A stretch of DNA of 59,997 nt from Promethearchaeota archaeon (GCA_048938385.1 JBHLMG010000015.1:1-59997); one strand, 5' to 3'. Numbered from the stretch's first letter, positions 47,422 to 57,636 are shown. Notes: generated by a model not told the origin, from the sequence alone. A program made the numbers and translations.

Positions 47422-47832
47422 CTAAGAAATCCGCGTGGTTGCGTTCCGGATAGCAGATTCGAGTTCAGATATAGTGAGCTCATCAGGAAATACAGGAACA
47501 GCATCCATATCCTCTAAGCTAATTGACAACAAGTACCAAAGAGCCTTCACCAAAGTTGCTTGAAATTGGTCTGAAGGAACCACACTCACATCTTCGACGA
47601 GTTGGTCCAAAGTGTTGCTGGCATGAGTTGTCTTTTTTTGCCCATGCAAGTTGAGATACACCGGTGTCCACCGGTCATAGAAAAATTTGAGGGCATTGGA
47701 GATGTTATCCATAAACAGACGACGCAGCTGTGACTCCGCTACACCATTTGTCGCTGCAACCATAACTTCATCTATCCTAGGGAGCAGGACATCTGCAACA
47801 AAACCTTCTAGCTGTCGTTGTGAATCCACCAT
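47422..47832 (-). CDS. Hypothetical helical protein (136 aa)
   Basis: ATG-initiated ORF below a long AT-rich upstream region; no family recognised. Confidence 0.65.
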   Translation of the reverse strand: MVDSQRQLEGFVADVLLPRIDEVMVAATNGVAESQLRRLFMDNISNALKFFYDRWTPVYLNLHGQKKTTHASNTLDQLVEDVSVVPSDQFQATLVKALWYLLSISLEDMDAVPVFPDELTISELESAIRNATTRIS

Positions 47833-48253
47833 TACAACTCAACCAACACGGATCAGTGAGGTGGAAAGATACCGATTGGCAGCATAAAAATACCTACGAA
47901 ACCTAATTGATAACCACGATAAGATATAATGAATGGATAATAATTCAAACACTCTTAAAAATTCCTTTAAGAAAAACTAAAATTTTTGCATTTTATCTAC
48001 TTATAATAAAAACAATATAATTTTCATCACACAAAAAAATATAATTCAATCATTGTTTTTTATGCCCAACATAGTTTCTTTTAGAATTAACAGTTATTGG
48101 CTAACGGCAAATTTTATCATAAGAGTTTTCTATTTGACAGCATTTTAGTTGAAGTTAAATAAACACCAAGCTAGGTTAAACCATACTTACATACTAACTA
48201 GATCATATGTTAACCAAACCGCCTTTTGGTCAAAGTAACAACTATTTTACGAA

Positions 48254-48859
48254 CTATTCGAGAGCTTGTAGAAACTCCCGAGTTTCTTCACCCTCTTCTA
48301 TAAGGATAATGTCTTGGGCTCCTGCGCGTTCGTAGTCGTATCGTCGAGCAATGAGCATTGCATGGAATTTTTCTCGTCCTGTGGATGCATTACCGCGCCA
48401 AATGTATATCTTGTCAAAAGTATCGAGTATGTACACATCATCGGATTTAAGGCTCTCCTGGGACTTGGGCACCTCGACAAATAGATGGACGCCACCAACG
48501 ATGTTAAGTCGGAATAACTTATACTCGTGTTTTTCGAGCATCACTTTTTTCAAAATACCTTCAGTGTCTTGATCAGTGATATTGAGTTTACCACTAAAAA
48601 GCTCTAAAAAGGCTGGCGGTTCGTTTCGGGCTTCAACAGTCACTAATCTTGCGACCCCTTCCCGGGCTTGATCCCGCCACACGGAAGTGATGGCACCGAT
48701 AAAGCGTTCGTCAACTGTGGCTTTGCTGCCACACCACAAGTAGATGATGGATCCCGTATCAACGAGATAGCAGTCACCATCGCCGAAGTCGTTAGCCATA
48801 TTAGCAGGAACCCGAAGAACACGACCGCGTTGGATATGGTACTTTTCAAAATCAGCCAT
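48254..48859 (-). CDS. Two-domain gelsolin-like protein (Asgard type)
   Basis: Repeat 1 FGDGDCYLVD..IYLWCG...E..NEPPAFLELF; repeat 2 LKSDDVYILD..IYIWRG...EEGEETREF. Confidence 0.9.
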   Translation of the reverse strand: MADFEKYHIQRGRVLRVPANMANDFGDGDCYLVDTGSIIYLWCGSKATVDERFIGAITSVWRDQAREGVARLVTVEARNEPPAFLELFSGKLNITDQDTEGILKKVMLEKHEYKLFRLNIVGGVHLFVEVPKSQESLKSDDVYILDTFDKIYIWRGNASTGREKFHAMLIARRYDYERAGAQDIILIEEGEETREFLQALE

Positions 48860-49027
48860 AATTCATTCCACCAGTATGAACCCCGTTGTAAACAAGGTTC
48901 AGTCCACAGCTTCTACGCTAGAACGAACTCGAATATGCGTTTTTAATCTTCCCTTGAATCAGTTCATTATGCTCCAGCTAACATGAATTCTTGAGTGCCT
49001 CGAACAACCAGCCATGCAAAAGATCTG

Positions 49028-50236
49028 TTAGATCACATTGAGTTCTTTGCCCACCTTGTCGAAGGCAGTGATAGCGTCGTTGAGATCTTCCATGTTCAAT
49101 GCAGCATTCATCATCGTTCTAATTCGAGCCGTACCCCGGGCGACCATGGGATAAACAATTGGAAGAGCGAAGACGCCTTCTTCAAAGAGGCGTTCGCTGA
49201 ATTTCTGCGCCTCATCACTCTCACCGATAATGACCGGTGTAATGGGAGTTTCGCTCATCCCGGTATTGAATCCTAAGTCATTGAGAGACCTTTTGAAATA
49301 ATCTGTATTCTTCCATAGGTTCTTCACATGCCGGGGTTCTCTTTCGAGAATATCGATGGCGGCGATGCAAGCCGCAGCAACAGGTGGTGGATGCGAACCG
49401 CTTAGTAGCCAGGTACGGGATTTATTCAGAGCGTATTTTCGGAGCCATAGACTGCCAGAGACATGTCCGCCAACGACTCCGAAGGCTTTACTGAAGGTGC
49501 CCATTTCGACATGAACATCGTTATGGGTGAGGTTATAATGGGAAACGATTCCTCGACCGCCTTCACCAAGAACGGCTTCACCGTGGGCGTCATCGACATA
49601 GATCATTGCCCCATGAGGTTTACTCATCTTGACTATCTGATTGAGTGGGGCAATATCGCCATCCATACTGAAGACTCCATCAGTAATGACGAGGATGCGA
49701 CGGTATTCGGGTTTGTGTTTTTCAGCTTCATCGAGAACTCGTCCGAGATCACTGGCGTTATTGTGTTTATAGATGGCTCGATCCGCTCGGGTTAATCGGA
49801 CGCCATCAATGATAGAACCGTGGTTCAATTCATCACTGACGATAAGGTCGCCTTTCCCTACGAGTTGAGGAATCAGGCCAGCGTTCGCTGCAAAACCTGT
49901 TTGGTACACTAAACTTGCTTCCGCACCTTTAAATTTCGCAAGGCGGCGTTCGAGTTCTTCGTGGAGGTCCATATTACCAGCGATTGGTCGGACGCTTCCA
50001 CTCCCTACGCCATGGGTCTTGATGGCGTCGATAGCAGCTTGTTTTAGTTTGGGATGGTTACTCAATCCAAGGTAGTTATTACTGCAGAGCATGATGACTT
50101 CTTTGCCATCAACGATAGCTCTGGGGGAGCTGGGACCCTGGAGTTCTCGGAGCCTCCAATCTAGGGCTTGTTTGACCAGCTCTTCATATTCGTCTTTGAG
50201 AAAGGCTGTTGGATCGCGAGTCATTTCGGAACTCAC
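49028..50236 (-). CDS. kbl: Glycine C-acetyltransferase (2-amino-3-ketobutyrate CoA ligase; AONS family)
   Basis: CSNNYLGL, SDELNHGSIIDG, TDGVFSMDGD, DDAHG, GTFSKAFG; tdh nearby on the same strand. Confidence 0.85.
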   Translation of the reverse strand: MSSEMTRDPTAFLKDEYEELVKQALDWRLRELQGPSSPRAIVDGKEVIMLCSNNYLGLSNHPKLKQAAIDAIKTHGVGSGSVRPIAGNMDLHEELERRLAKFKGAEASLVYQTGFAANAGLIPQLVGKGDLIVSDELNHGSIIDGVRLTRADRAIYKHNNASDLGRVLDEAEKHKPEYRRILVITDGVFSMDGDIAPLNQIVKMSKPHGAMIYVDDAHGEAVLGEGGRGIVSHYNLTHNDVHVEMGTFSKAFGVVGGHVSGSLWLRKYALNKSRTWLLSGSHPPPVAAACIAAIDILEREPRHVKNLWKNTDYFKRSLNDLGFNTGMSETPITPVIIGESDEAQKFSERLFEEGVFALPIVYPMVARGTARIRTMMNAALNMEDLNDAITAFDKVGKELNVI

Positions 50237-50435
50237 CTTCAGTGCAAATCTACTTAGGAGCTTTTAAATGGTTACCGGAATGTGGAAAACCAACCAATGA
50301 ATTTAGATTGATCCAGCAAAACACGATTACTCGGAGCTATGCCATAAAGATGATTTTTCTCAGAGAAAAACAAGAATTTCAGATACTAAAAGGCTAAGAG
50401 CATAAGGCTTTAGATGGGAAACAAGACTTCTTAAC

Positions 50436-51254
50436 TTGACAGATATGAGTGATCCAGTGGAATCTTCACCCCTACGCATCGACTTTGGGCGCGTGGCAGA
50501 AGATTATGAAGTCACACGAGGTTTTCCACCAACACTCATGAAAACACTAACAGAAGATATTTTGACCACCTGTAATCTCACTCAGACGACTTTAGTCCTT
50601 GATCTAGGCTGTGGGGCAGGTCGATATCTCCGTGAGTTAGCAACTCGTAAGGTGCCCGTCATTGGGCTAGACATTTCGTCAAGGATGCTTGATAAAGCGT
50701 ATCGTAATCAACAATCGCCCAAGTTTTTTCGCTCAAATCTTTTGGCTAGTGATGCTGTAATGTTGCCTTTTCATCAAGGTCAATTCTTTTGTACGCTAGC
50801 TATTCATCTGTTTCATTTACTCGTTGATTGGCAGGAAGTACTTGCTGAAGCTCTACGCGTGCTCCAACCTGGTGGTATACTACTCCTAGGGTATGTACAG
50901 GGAAGGCATTTTGGGTCTGTTCTGGACCAGTTGTACCGACAACGACGGGAAGAACTTGGATTCCGATATGATCATCCTGGACCTCATTCCTCAGAAATCG
51001 TTGTCGAACTGGAATCCCAAGGTTTCCGAGTTGAAACTCACGAGTTTTCCGCCATAACGGAGGTAACCTTACAAGAAACATTATCGGCATTAGAACGCAG
51101 AGTCTATTCATCAATGTGGGAAAATCTTCCTGATGTAATTCATCGTCAACTGATGCAATATGTGCACACCGCAGCTACAAGCCAATTTAAACGACTAGAC
51201 GATATCGAAACCATTACCTGTAAAGCTGAACTGCTCTATGCTTTTAGTGAATAA
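50436..51254 (+). CDS. Class I SAM-dependent methyltransferase
   Basis: VLDLGCGAG, GLDISSRML, RVLQPGG. Confidence 0.9.
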   Translation: MTDMSDPVESSPLRIDFGRVAEDYEVTRGFPPTLMKTLTEDILTTCNLTQTTLVLDLGCGAGRYLRELATRKVPVIGLDISSRMLDKAYRNQQSPKFFRSNLLASDAVMLPFHQGQFFCTLAIHLFHLLVDWQEVLAEALRVLQPGGILLLGYVQGRHFGSVLDQLYRQRREELGFRYDHPGPHSSEIVVELESQGFRVETHEFSAITEVTLQETLSALERRVYSSMWENLPDVIHRQLMQYVHTAATSQFKRLDDIETITCKAELLYAFSE

Positions 51255-51380
51255 TCGAAAATTGGAAAACTGAATTTCGCTTGTAAATCATAAACTTTTT
51301 TTGGATAATCTAAGAGGCAAACCCATCTTACGATTCTAGAGGTTGAAGGGGGAGGTGAATTATCCTTGGCAGGAGAATCC

Positions 51381-51788
51381 TTAACATTTCGCAACTTTTT
51401 TGGAAAATATGCTCGTACTCTCGCAGTTATTGCGACTTTTGTGAAGTTGAGTAGGGTGCCGAGAGGCGACTAAGGCTCCTGCAACGATTAGTAGTACACC
51501 ACCGATAAAAAAGATGAAAATGAAGCTAATAATACCTGCGAGGATTAGTAAGAAACCTGCGGTACCCCTAGATCCTTTGGGAATATCATTGTAGGTAATA
51601 ATTGGGAGGATGATACCTACAACGAACCAAATGAGCGTATCTATTAATGCGTTAATCATAGCCATGAAAGGCCAACCAAAGAATGCCATTAAGAATTTGA
51701 AGAAGAGGGTGAAACCATTGTAAAGGATACCTAATATTGTCAAAACCTGTGCTGTATCTTGGTTTCCCATTTCTACACTATACCTCAA
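51381..51788 (-). CDS. Hypothetical small membrane protein
   Basis: Three to four hydrophobic segments, including the AGII...GGVLLIVAG motif. Confidence 0.6.
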   Translation of the reverse strand: MRYSVEMGNQDTAQVLTILGILYNGFTLFFKFLMAFFGWPFMAMINALIDTLIWFVVGIILPIITYNDIPKGSRGTAGFLLILAGIISFIFIFFIGGVLLIVAGALVASRHPTQLHKSRNNCESTSIFSKKVAKC

Positions 51789-51996
51789 TTTAGACTATTG
51801 TCTATGTAATCTCTCATAGAACGAGTTTAAAAAAGCATTTGTAGGTTCTGCATTATATGGGCGTGAATCGAAGCAAACAACCTAATAATCATCTAAAGAA
51901 TTTGTTACTGTACATGTAAAGACGATTTTCTCTGGAATTCAGCTGATTCAGAGGCAAAGGCGAACCGCTGCCCTCGTTTACTACTTCGCGATTGGT

Positions 51997-52308
51997 GTGG
52001 TTACGATGATTCCCATAATAATTGGTGGACCTGAAATGCTCGCCACCGTATTTACTTCAATCGGAACCATTCCATTTCTCCCTCACATCGTAGGCGGAAT
52101 CCTTTGTATTATTGTCGCAGCCTTAGTGGGACTATGGGAAGTGGCTCCGGGAGGATACGGAGTTGAACCTCTAATCCGAACCGTAGACCCCACTTATACC
52201 AGTCCGAAAGGTACTCAGCCGCGATATCTGGTATGCGGACATGGATTGTTTAGTGATGAACGCTACTGTCCGGGCTGTGCGCATGATTTGCGAATGAGTA
52301 AAAGCTAG
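51997..52308 (+). CDS. Small membrane protein with C-terminal Zn-ribbon-like motif
   Basis: Two TM segments then VCGH...YCPGC; frame is open further upstream to ~51889, so the start is uncertain. Confidence 0.5.
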   Translation: MVTMIPIIIGGPEMLATVFTSIGTIPFLPHIVGGILCIIVAALVGLWEVAPGGYGVEPLIRTVDPTYTSPKGTQPRYLVCGHGLFSDERYCPGCAHDLRMSKS

Positions 52309-52319
52309 ATTCGTTTGCG

Positions 52320-53402
52320 TCACCAATCAGGTGTTAAACCCACCTTCGCAGCTTTCTTAGATAGAATAAGTTCATAGCCCTTTTCGAGATCGCGAATAGG
52401 GAGACGATGAGTGATAACCTTGTTTATTTTTTTACGGAGCTGTGGGCGACGGAGAAGACCTCGGACTTGGAACCATGTACGGTACATCAATCGCCCACTG
52501 ATACCATAGATGGTTGCAGCCTTAAAGATCATGAGGCGATTCAGATCGATTTCGAACGGTTTGGGAAAGACCCCTAAAAGGCTGATGCGTCCACCTTTTG
52601 TAAGGGCTTCAAAGGAAGTTATGAGTCCATCAGGGTGACCGCTCATTTCTGCAGCGACATCGACGCCGTTACCATCGGTTGCATCATAGATGGTTTGGAT
52701 GATAGTGTCGCGTCCGAATTCACTTGCACTGTAGACTTCATCAGCGCCCATGCTTTTAGCGAGTTCCATGCGGGTTTTATTTCGCCCTCCAGCTGTGGCG
52801 AAGACTTTGTCTGCGCCGAGTTCTTTGGCTACCGCTACGGCGAGTAATCCGATTGGTCCCATGCCAACAATCAGTACATTTCGACCTGCGATATCTTCGA
52901 TGTTACTCATGGGTAGGAGGGTTTGTACAGCGTTTCCTAATGGCTCTTGAATTGCACCAATGATGGGATCTAAATCGGGATCGTTTTTCCAGGCATTATG
53001 GGCAGGGATAGCAACATATTCAGCGAAGACGCCATCTCGGTCGACGCCGAGTATTGTCATGTTTTGGCAAACATGTTCACGGCCAGTTAAGCATTGAAGA
53101 CAAGTTCTGTCAACGATATGGGTTTCAGCAGACACCATGTCTCCCACATTAATGTGGGATACTTTTTTCCCGACTTCGATAACTTTCCCAGACATTTCAT
53201 GCCCTACAATAATAGGTGGTTTGATACGATCAGCTGCCCATTGGTCCCATTCAAAGATGTGTACATCCGTACCACAAATGGCGGAACCTTTCACTTCTAC
53301 GAGTACATCAGTCTCTGAGATCTTTGGATTATCAACAATTCTGCGTTCTACGCCGGGTTCAGGTTTCGTCTTCAGAAATGCTTCCATGACGACCATCTTC
53401 AC
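52320..53402 (-). CDS. tdh: L-threonine 3-dehydrogenase
   Basis: ICGTDVHI..WD.WA, GHE, SAETHIV, EPLGNAV, GMGPIG, EMSG, GISGR.MY.TW. Confidence 0.9.
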   Translation of the reverse strand: MKMVVMEAFLKTKPEPGVERRIVDNPKISETDVLVEVKGSAICGTDVHIFEWDQWAADRIKPPIIVGHEMSGKVIEVGKKVSHINVGDMVSAETHIVDRTCLQCLTGREHVCQNMTILGVDRDGVFAEYVAIPAHNAWKNDPDLDPIIGAIQEPLGNAVQTLLPMSNIEDIAGRNVLIVGMGPIGLLAVAVAKELGADKVFATAGGRNKTRMELAKSMGADEVYSASEFGRDTIIQTIYDATDGNGVDVAAEMSGHPDGLITSFEALTKGGRISLLGVFPKPFEIDLNRLMIFKAATIYGISGRLMYRTWFQVRGLLRRPQLRKKINKVITHRLPIRDLEKGYELILSKKAAKVGLTPDW

Positions 53403-53474
53403 TCGATGTAAGTTCGAGTGTGGTATTTGTTTCTTTGTGTTGAATAATTTTCAAAGTTGTTAAAAGCGGTTCAA

Positions 53475-54023
53475 TTAGCGTTTGATGCTTAGCTCCACGC
53501 CATCATTGCCAACCATGATGAAGCGGCTGGTGTAGGCGCCAGATTCTCGGACATGTTCCAAGTAATCTTTCATTTGCTCTTGGTACTGACCGACATTATC
53601 AGCTACCACCATACTTCCTCGGAATAAATGGGGTTCAAGGGCTTTTAAGTAGGCGTAGTATTGTGTCTTGTTGGCATCAATGAACACAAAGTCGAACTCC
53701 TCTTTGAGGGTGGGGAGTATTTCGAGGGCATCACCTACTAAGACTTCGATTGTGGGTTTGATGGCAGCGCGTTTAATGTTCTCTTTGGCTTGTTTAGCAA
53801 ATTTCGGATTAAGTTCAATAGTGGTGATTCTTGAATACTTAGGGAGTTCTTTGCCCATAAGAATGGTTGAGTAACCGACATTGGTTCCGATTTCAAGGAT
53901 GCGTTGAGGGTGAAATTCGCGAGCGATTTTTTCAAGAATCCGTCCACGGATTGGCCCTATGATGAAGTGGTTATTAGAGGCTTCGATTTCTTTGAGTACC
54001 GTATTGGCTTCGCTTTTACTCAA
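53475..54023 (-). CDS. O-methyltransferase (YrrM/CCoAOMT-like)
   Basis: ILEIGTNVGYSTI, GDALEIL, FDFVFIDANK, VADNV. Confidence 0.9.
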   Translation of the reverse strand: MSKSEANTVLKEIEASNNHFIIGPIRGRILEKIAREFHPQRILEIGTNVGYSTILMGKELPKYSRITTIELNPKFAKQAKENIKRAAIKPTIEVLVGDALEILPTLKEEFDFVFIDANKTQYYAYLKALEPHLFRGSMVVADNVGQYQEQMKDYLEHVRESGAYTSRFIMVGNDGVELSIKR

Positions 54024-54069
54024 CTTTTACCCCCTCAGAGGTTTTTACTCCGCCTTTCATTTTTTGGAA

Positions 54070-54741
54070 TTAATCTTTCTGTAATTCAACTTTGGACCGT
54101 TCTTCCATGGATATTGCCCCCGTTGGACAAGTGCTAGTACAGACACCACAGCCAAAGCATTTCGATGAATTAAAGACTAGCACTCCGTCCTCAAAGCGGC
54201 GGGCTTGAAAATGGCACCGATCGATGCAAGTTCCACAGTGAATACATGTTTCGTCATCTTGAACGGCTACAAAATCAGCAGCAACCACTGCTTCAGGAAT
54301 TTCAAAGCGCATTAATCCTGCTAACGAATGACAACAGCAGGCACAACACGAGCAAATAATGAATGGCTTTGGATCACCTTTGTCTGTGTAGGATATGTGC
54401 ACTAATCCTGCTTCATGAGACTGGTGAAGTGCCGCTAACGCTTCTTCTAGATTGACTTGCCGAGCCTGTCCTTCCGCAATCAACACCTCAGCTTCTCGAT
54501 CTATACCAATACACACATCAAGCGGATTGCCACACCCTTGGACCTTTTCTCGACAATCACAAATGGCTAAGCTAATCAATTTCGCATCTCTGAGAAGCGA
54601 TTCTGCCTGACTGAAATCGTGGATGCGTGTTTGCCCCTCTACTTTCATATTAACCGGAAGTGTTTGAGCAATCATCGTGTCTACATAATTGCGCTGAATT
54701 TCCTCTTTAGTCCAGTCGCTCTTCTTGGACATAGTTTGCAC
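54070..54741 (-). CDS. 4Fe-4S dicluster-binding protein
   Basis: CDCR, ICSCCACCC, CIHCGTCIDRC, CFGCGVCTSTCP. Confidence 0.9.
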   Translation of the reverse strand: MQTMSKKSDWTKEEIQRNYVDTMIAQTLPVNMKVEGQTRIHDFSQAESLLRDAKLISLAICDCREKVQGCGNPLDVCIGIDREAEVLIAEGQARQVNLEEALAALHQSHEAGLVHISYTDKGDPKPFIICSCCACCCHSLAGLMRFEIPEAVVAADFVAVQDDETCIHCGTCIDRCHFQARRFEDGVLVFNSSKCFGCGVCTSTCPTGAISMEERSKVELQKD

Positions 54742-54859
54742 AACTCATCAGAGAGAAATGAGCGGTTATTAAAACAGTACCGCTCAGTGACGAAACGCGA
54801 GGTTTTTGTGCAGAAATCGTAGTAGTCACAACTCATCAGTCAGAGCGGAGTAACATTCA

Positions 54860-55231
54860 ATGTCTGTTCGAAATCTCAATGACTGTGGGGTTATCATTGC
54901 CCTGGATGGTACTATTCTTCGCGAATTGATTAACCCTTTTCATGATGGGCCCGAGTTTAAGCTGCGTTATAGTATTGCTCACGCCGTATTAAAACCGGGA
55001 ACAGCTTCACTTCCCCATCGATTAAGGCAATCCTCTGAAGTCTACTATCTCTTGCAAGGCAACGGAATTATGTGTATTGATGAGCAACGCTTCAATGTGG
55101 GTCCAGGATCTTTGATTTACATTCCACCTAATGCCACTCAGTACCTTAAGAACACTGGCGAAACCGATATCGTATTTTTATGCATTGTAGATCCGTATTG
55201 GCGACCTGAAAACGAGGAACTAGTTGAGTGA
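54860..55231 (+). CDS. Cupin domain protein
   Basis: YSIAHA, PHRL..SEVYY.LQG.G, IYIPP, FLCIVDP. Confidence 0.9.
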   Translation: MSVRNLNDCGVIIALDGTILRELINPFHDGPEFKLRYSIAHAVLKPGTASLPHRLRQSSEVYYLLQGNGIMCIDEQRFNVGPGSLIYIPPNATQYLKNTGETDIVFLCIVDPYWRPENEELVE

Positions 55232-55370
55232 CGAACAAGAAATCATATAGCCATCAAATACTGAGCCACTAATTACTCTGAATTCATAGGGAAATTCTTG
55301 AGAACACCTTTCCGCTTAACAAACAAATATAGCCGAGTTGGAACGAAAAGAGAGCAGGAATGGTGTTCGA

Positions 55371-56273
55371 ATGAAATGCTACACACACCAGGATAAGGAT
55401 GCCATCGCGTACTGTCAATCCTGTGGTAATGGACTATGCGTTGATTGCCGTATTGGTATTGCAGGCATCTCCTATTGTCAACCTTGTTTGGATGCAGGAC
55501 GCATTAAACCGCCTCCTACGCATATTCAAGATCTAGAAGACCAACTCCCCACTCCCACTGGACCAGTGACCCCAATGAGCCGACGATATTTCGTTCTCGG
55601 CATCGTCGGGCTTCTTATGATTGCAGTTAGCATTCATATCATTTGGTTAGGACCGCTCTTGGTATTCCCGCCTAACCCAACATTTGTTGACCTTTTTCTC
55701 CCTCGAGCCTTGGGTTTTACAATTGTTGCGACTGGAATAAGTTTAACTGGATTAGCTATTGGTGAATTCAAGAATTACTTTAACTTCCGGTTAGGAGAAT
55801 ACATCGGGTTCTTTACCATCGTCAGCCCTTGGATCATCACGATCTCACAGCTCTTAATTTTTTCAGGGTTAGTGTTTATCCCCAATGGAGGTCCGTATTA
55901 CTTTTCTTACGACATTGGGCCACTAGCACCAATTTATCACATCCTCTTTACAATTGGTAGTGCATTGATTGGAATTCTGTTTATTTTATGGCCTGTTGCC
56001 CTCTTGTCTGTGCGGAAACAAATGCGATCATCTAGTGCTGCGAAATGGGCAAGTGCTTTGTTCCTAATCGTAGCACATATACTCCTGATCTCTGTGCCCC
56101 TTCTAACGATGATGTTCTTCAGGGAGAGCTTCTACATTCCCTTTTACTATAGTATTCTTATACTATCCCCAGGACTTGCAGCCTTCGATTTCTGGCATGC
56201 TGTACTTATTGAACCCGCAGTTTTGCTTACAGCCTATATGCTAAATCGTGTTCGAATCAGCCTGAAACCGTGA
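55371..56273 (+). CDS. B-box-like zinc finger fused to a polytopic membrane domain
   Basis: CYTH...CQSC...CVDC...CQPC then ~6 TM helices. Confidence 0.75.
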   Translation: MKCYTHQDKDAIAYCQSCGNGLCVDCRIGIAGISYCQPCLDAGRIKPPPTHIQDLEDQLPTPTGPVTPMSRRYFVLGIVGLLMIAVSIHIIWLGPLLVFPPNPTFVDLFLPRALGFTIVATGISLTGLAIGEFKNYFNFRLGEYIGFFTIVSPWIITISQLLIFSGLVFIPNGGPYYFSYDIGPLAPIYHILFTIGSALIGILFILWPVALLSVRKQMRSSSAAKWASALFLIVAHILLISVPLLTMMFFRESFYIPFYYSILILSPGLAAFDFWHAVLIEPAVLLTAYMLNRVRISLKP

Positions 56274-56413
56274 GTTTAAGAAGAGATTAGGATATTTCGA
56301 TAAATACTTTAGATTTCTGACTGGAATGAATTTGCCGTTTCCCTTGGCCATGGTGCTTTGATGGAGAGCAAAGGTTATTTCTGGCAAGGAGGGCTTCAGA
56401 ATGGAGAAGAAGG

Positions 56414-57565
56414 ATGATGCCTAACTCTGCTGCAACCCCCCACCGTATTGGTTTTTTAATCAACCCTATTGCTGGAATGGGGGGGCGTGTAGGACTCAAG
56501 GGAACGGATGGAGTAGTTGACGAAGCAAGGCGTCGTGGAGCACAACCAATAACGGCATTTCGAGCTACTCAATTCTTGAACGCGTTTTTACGGCTCAATA
56601 CGAAGAATTTCCCAATTGAATGGGTGACCTGTCCAGAACCTATGGGAGCAAGGGTCTTAATTGAAGTCGGAATCACTCCCGAAGTCATACCGATGGATCT
56701 CAATTTTGAAACAGACGCAGAGGATACGAAAAAAGCCGTTAAACTGTTATGTGAACGTGAAGTTCAGTTAATTGTGTTTGTTGGTGGAGATGGGACAGCT
56801 CGGGATATACTTGATGCGTTAGACGAGAGGCATCAAGTGTTGGTGATGGGGGTTCCTGCAGGAGTGAAAATGTACAGTGGTATCTTTGCCTTTTCCCCAG
56901 AAGCAGCAGCAGGGGTAGTCATGGATTGGTTGACCGGTGACACTTTAGAAGAGCCCTTTGAAATCATGGACGCTGATGAGACTGCTATTCGTCAAGATCA
57001 ATTTTCCATTAAACTCTACGGATATCTTCGAGGTCCACTCGTACCAGCCCGCATGCAAGGCGCGAAGCTTTCTTCACCAGAAACCGTGAATGAAAGAGAA
57101 AATCAGGAAGCCATTGCACGAACAATCGTTGAAGATATGATAGAAGGTGACTACTATATTCTCGGACCAGGATCTACGGTCCGTGTCGTCGCTGAGGAAT
57201 TAGGTGTTGAAAAAACCCTGTTGGGAGTGGACCTTTATCGGGATGGTAAGGTTCACTTGGATCTCAATGAATCGCAACTTATCGAGCTGATTCCAGATTT
57301 TCTCCACACCTGGGTTGTTATCTCACCTATTGGCAATCAAGGCATGATTTTAGGTCGTGGTAATCAACAGATTAGCCCAAACATCATCAAGCGAATTCCT
57401 CCTGAACAAATACTCATCATAGCCACACATAGTAAGGTAAATAGTCTGGCAGACCGGGGTCTGCACATCGACACTGGAGACCCTGAAGTTGATAAGATAC
57501 TTAGTAAGTACTTGCGAGTCCTTGTCGATTATCGAACTTGGCGCATGATGAAAGTGACATGCTAA
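56414..57565 (+). CDS. ATP-NAD kinase family protein
   Basis: INPIAGMGGRVGLKGTDG, GGDGTARD, GVKMYSG, GRGNQQ. Confidence 0.9.
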   Translation: MMPNSAATPHRIGFLINPIAGMGGRVGLKGTDGVVDEARRRGAQPITAFRATQFLNAFLRLNTKNFPIEWVTCPEPMGARVLIEVGITPEVIPMDLNFETDAEDTKKAVKLLCEREVQLIVFVGGDGTARDILDALDERHQVLVMGVPAGVKMYSGIFAFSPEAAAGVVMDWLTGDTLEEPFEIMDADETAIRQDQFSIKLYGYLRGPLVPARMQGAKLSSPETVNERENQEAIARTIVEDMIEGDYYILGPGSTVRVVAEELGVEKTLLGVDLYRDGKVHLDLNESQLIELIPDFLHTWVVISPIGNQGMILGRGNQQISPNIIKRIPPEQILIIATHSKVNSLADRGLHIDTGDPEVDKILSKYLRVLVDYRTWRMMKVTC

Positions 57566-57636
57566 TTCTAGGTCCTAGCAACACTTTTTTTGTATACTCA
57601 CCTCACACAAGTAGAATATCGAAGGATGATGTGGCC

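Noticed and set aside
47833-48253. Replication origin call
   Set aside because: AT-rich but no ORB repeats and no orc1/cdc6 adjacent; kept only as a low-level finding
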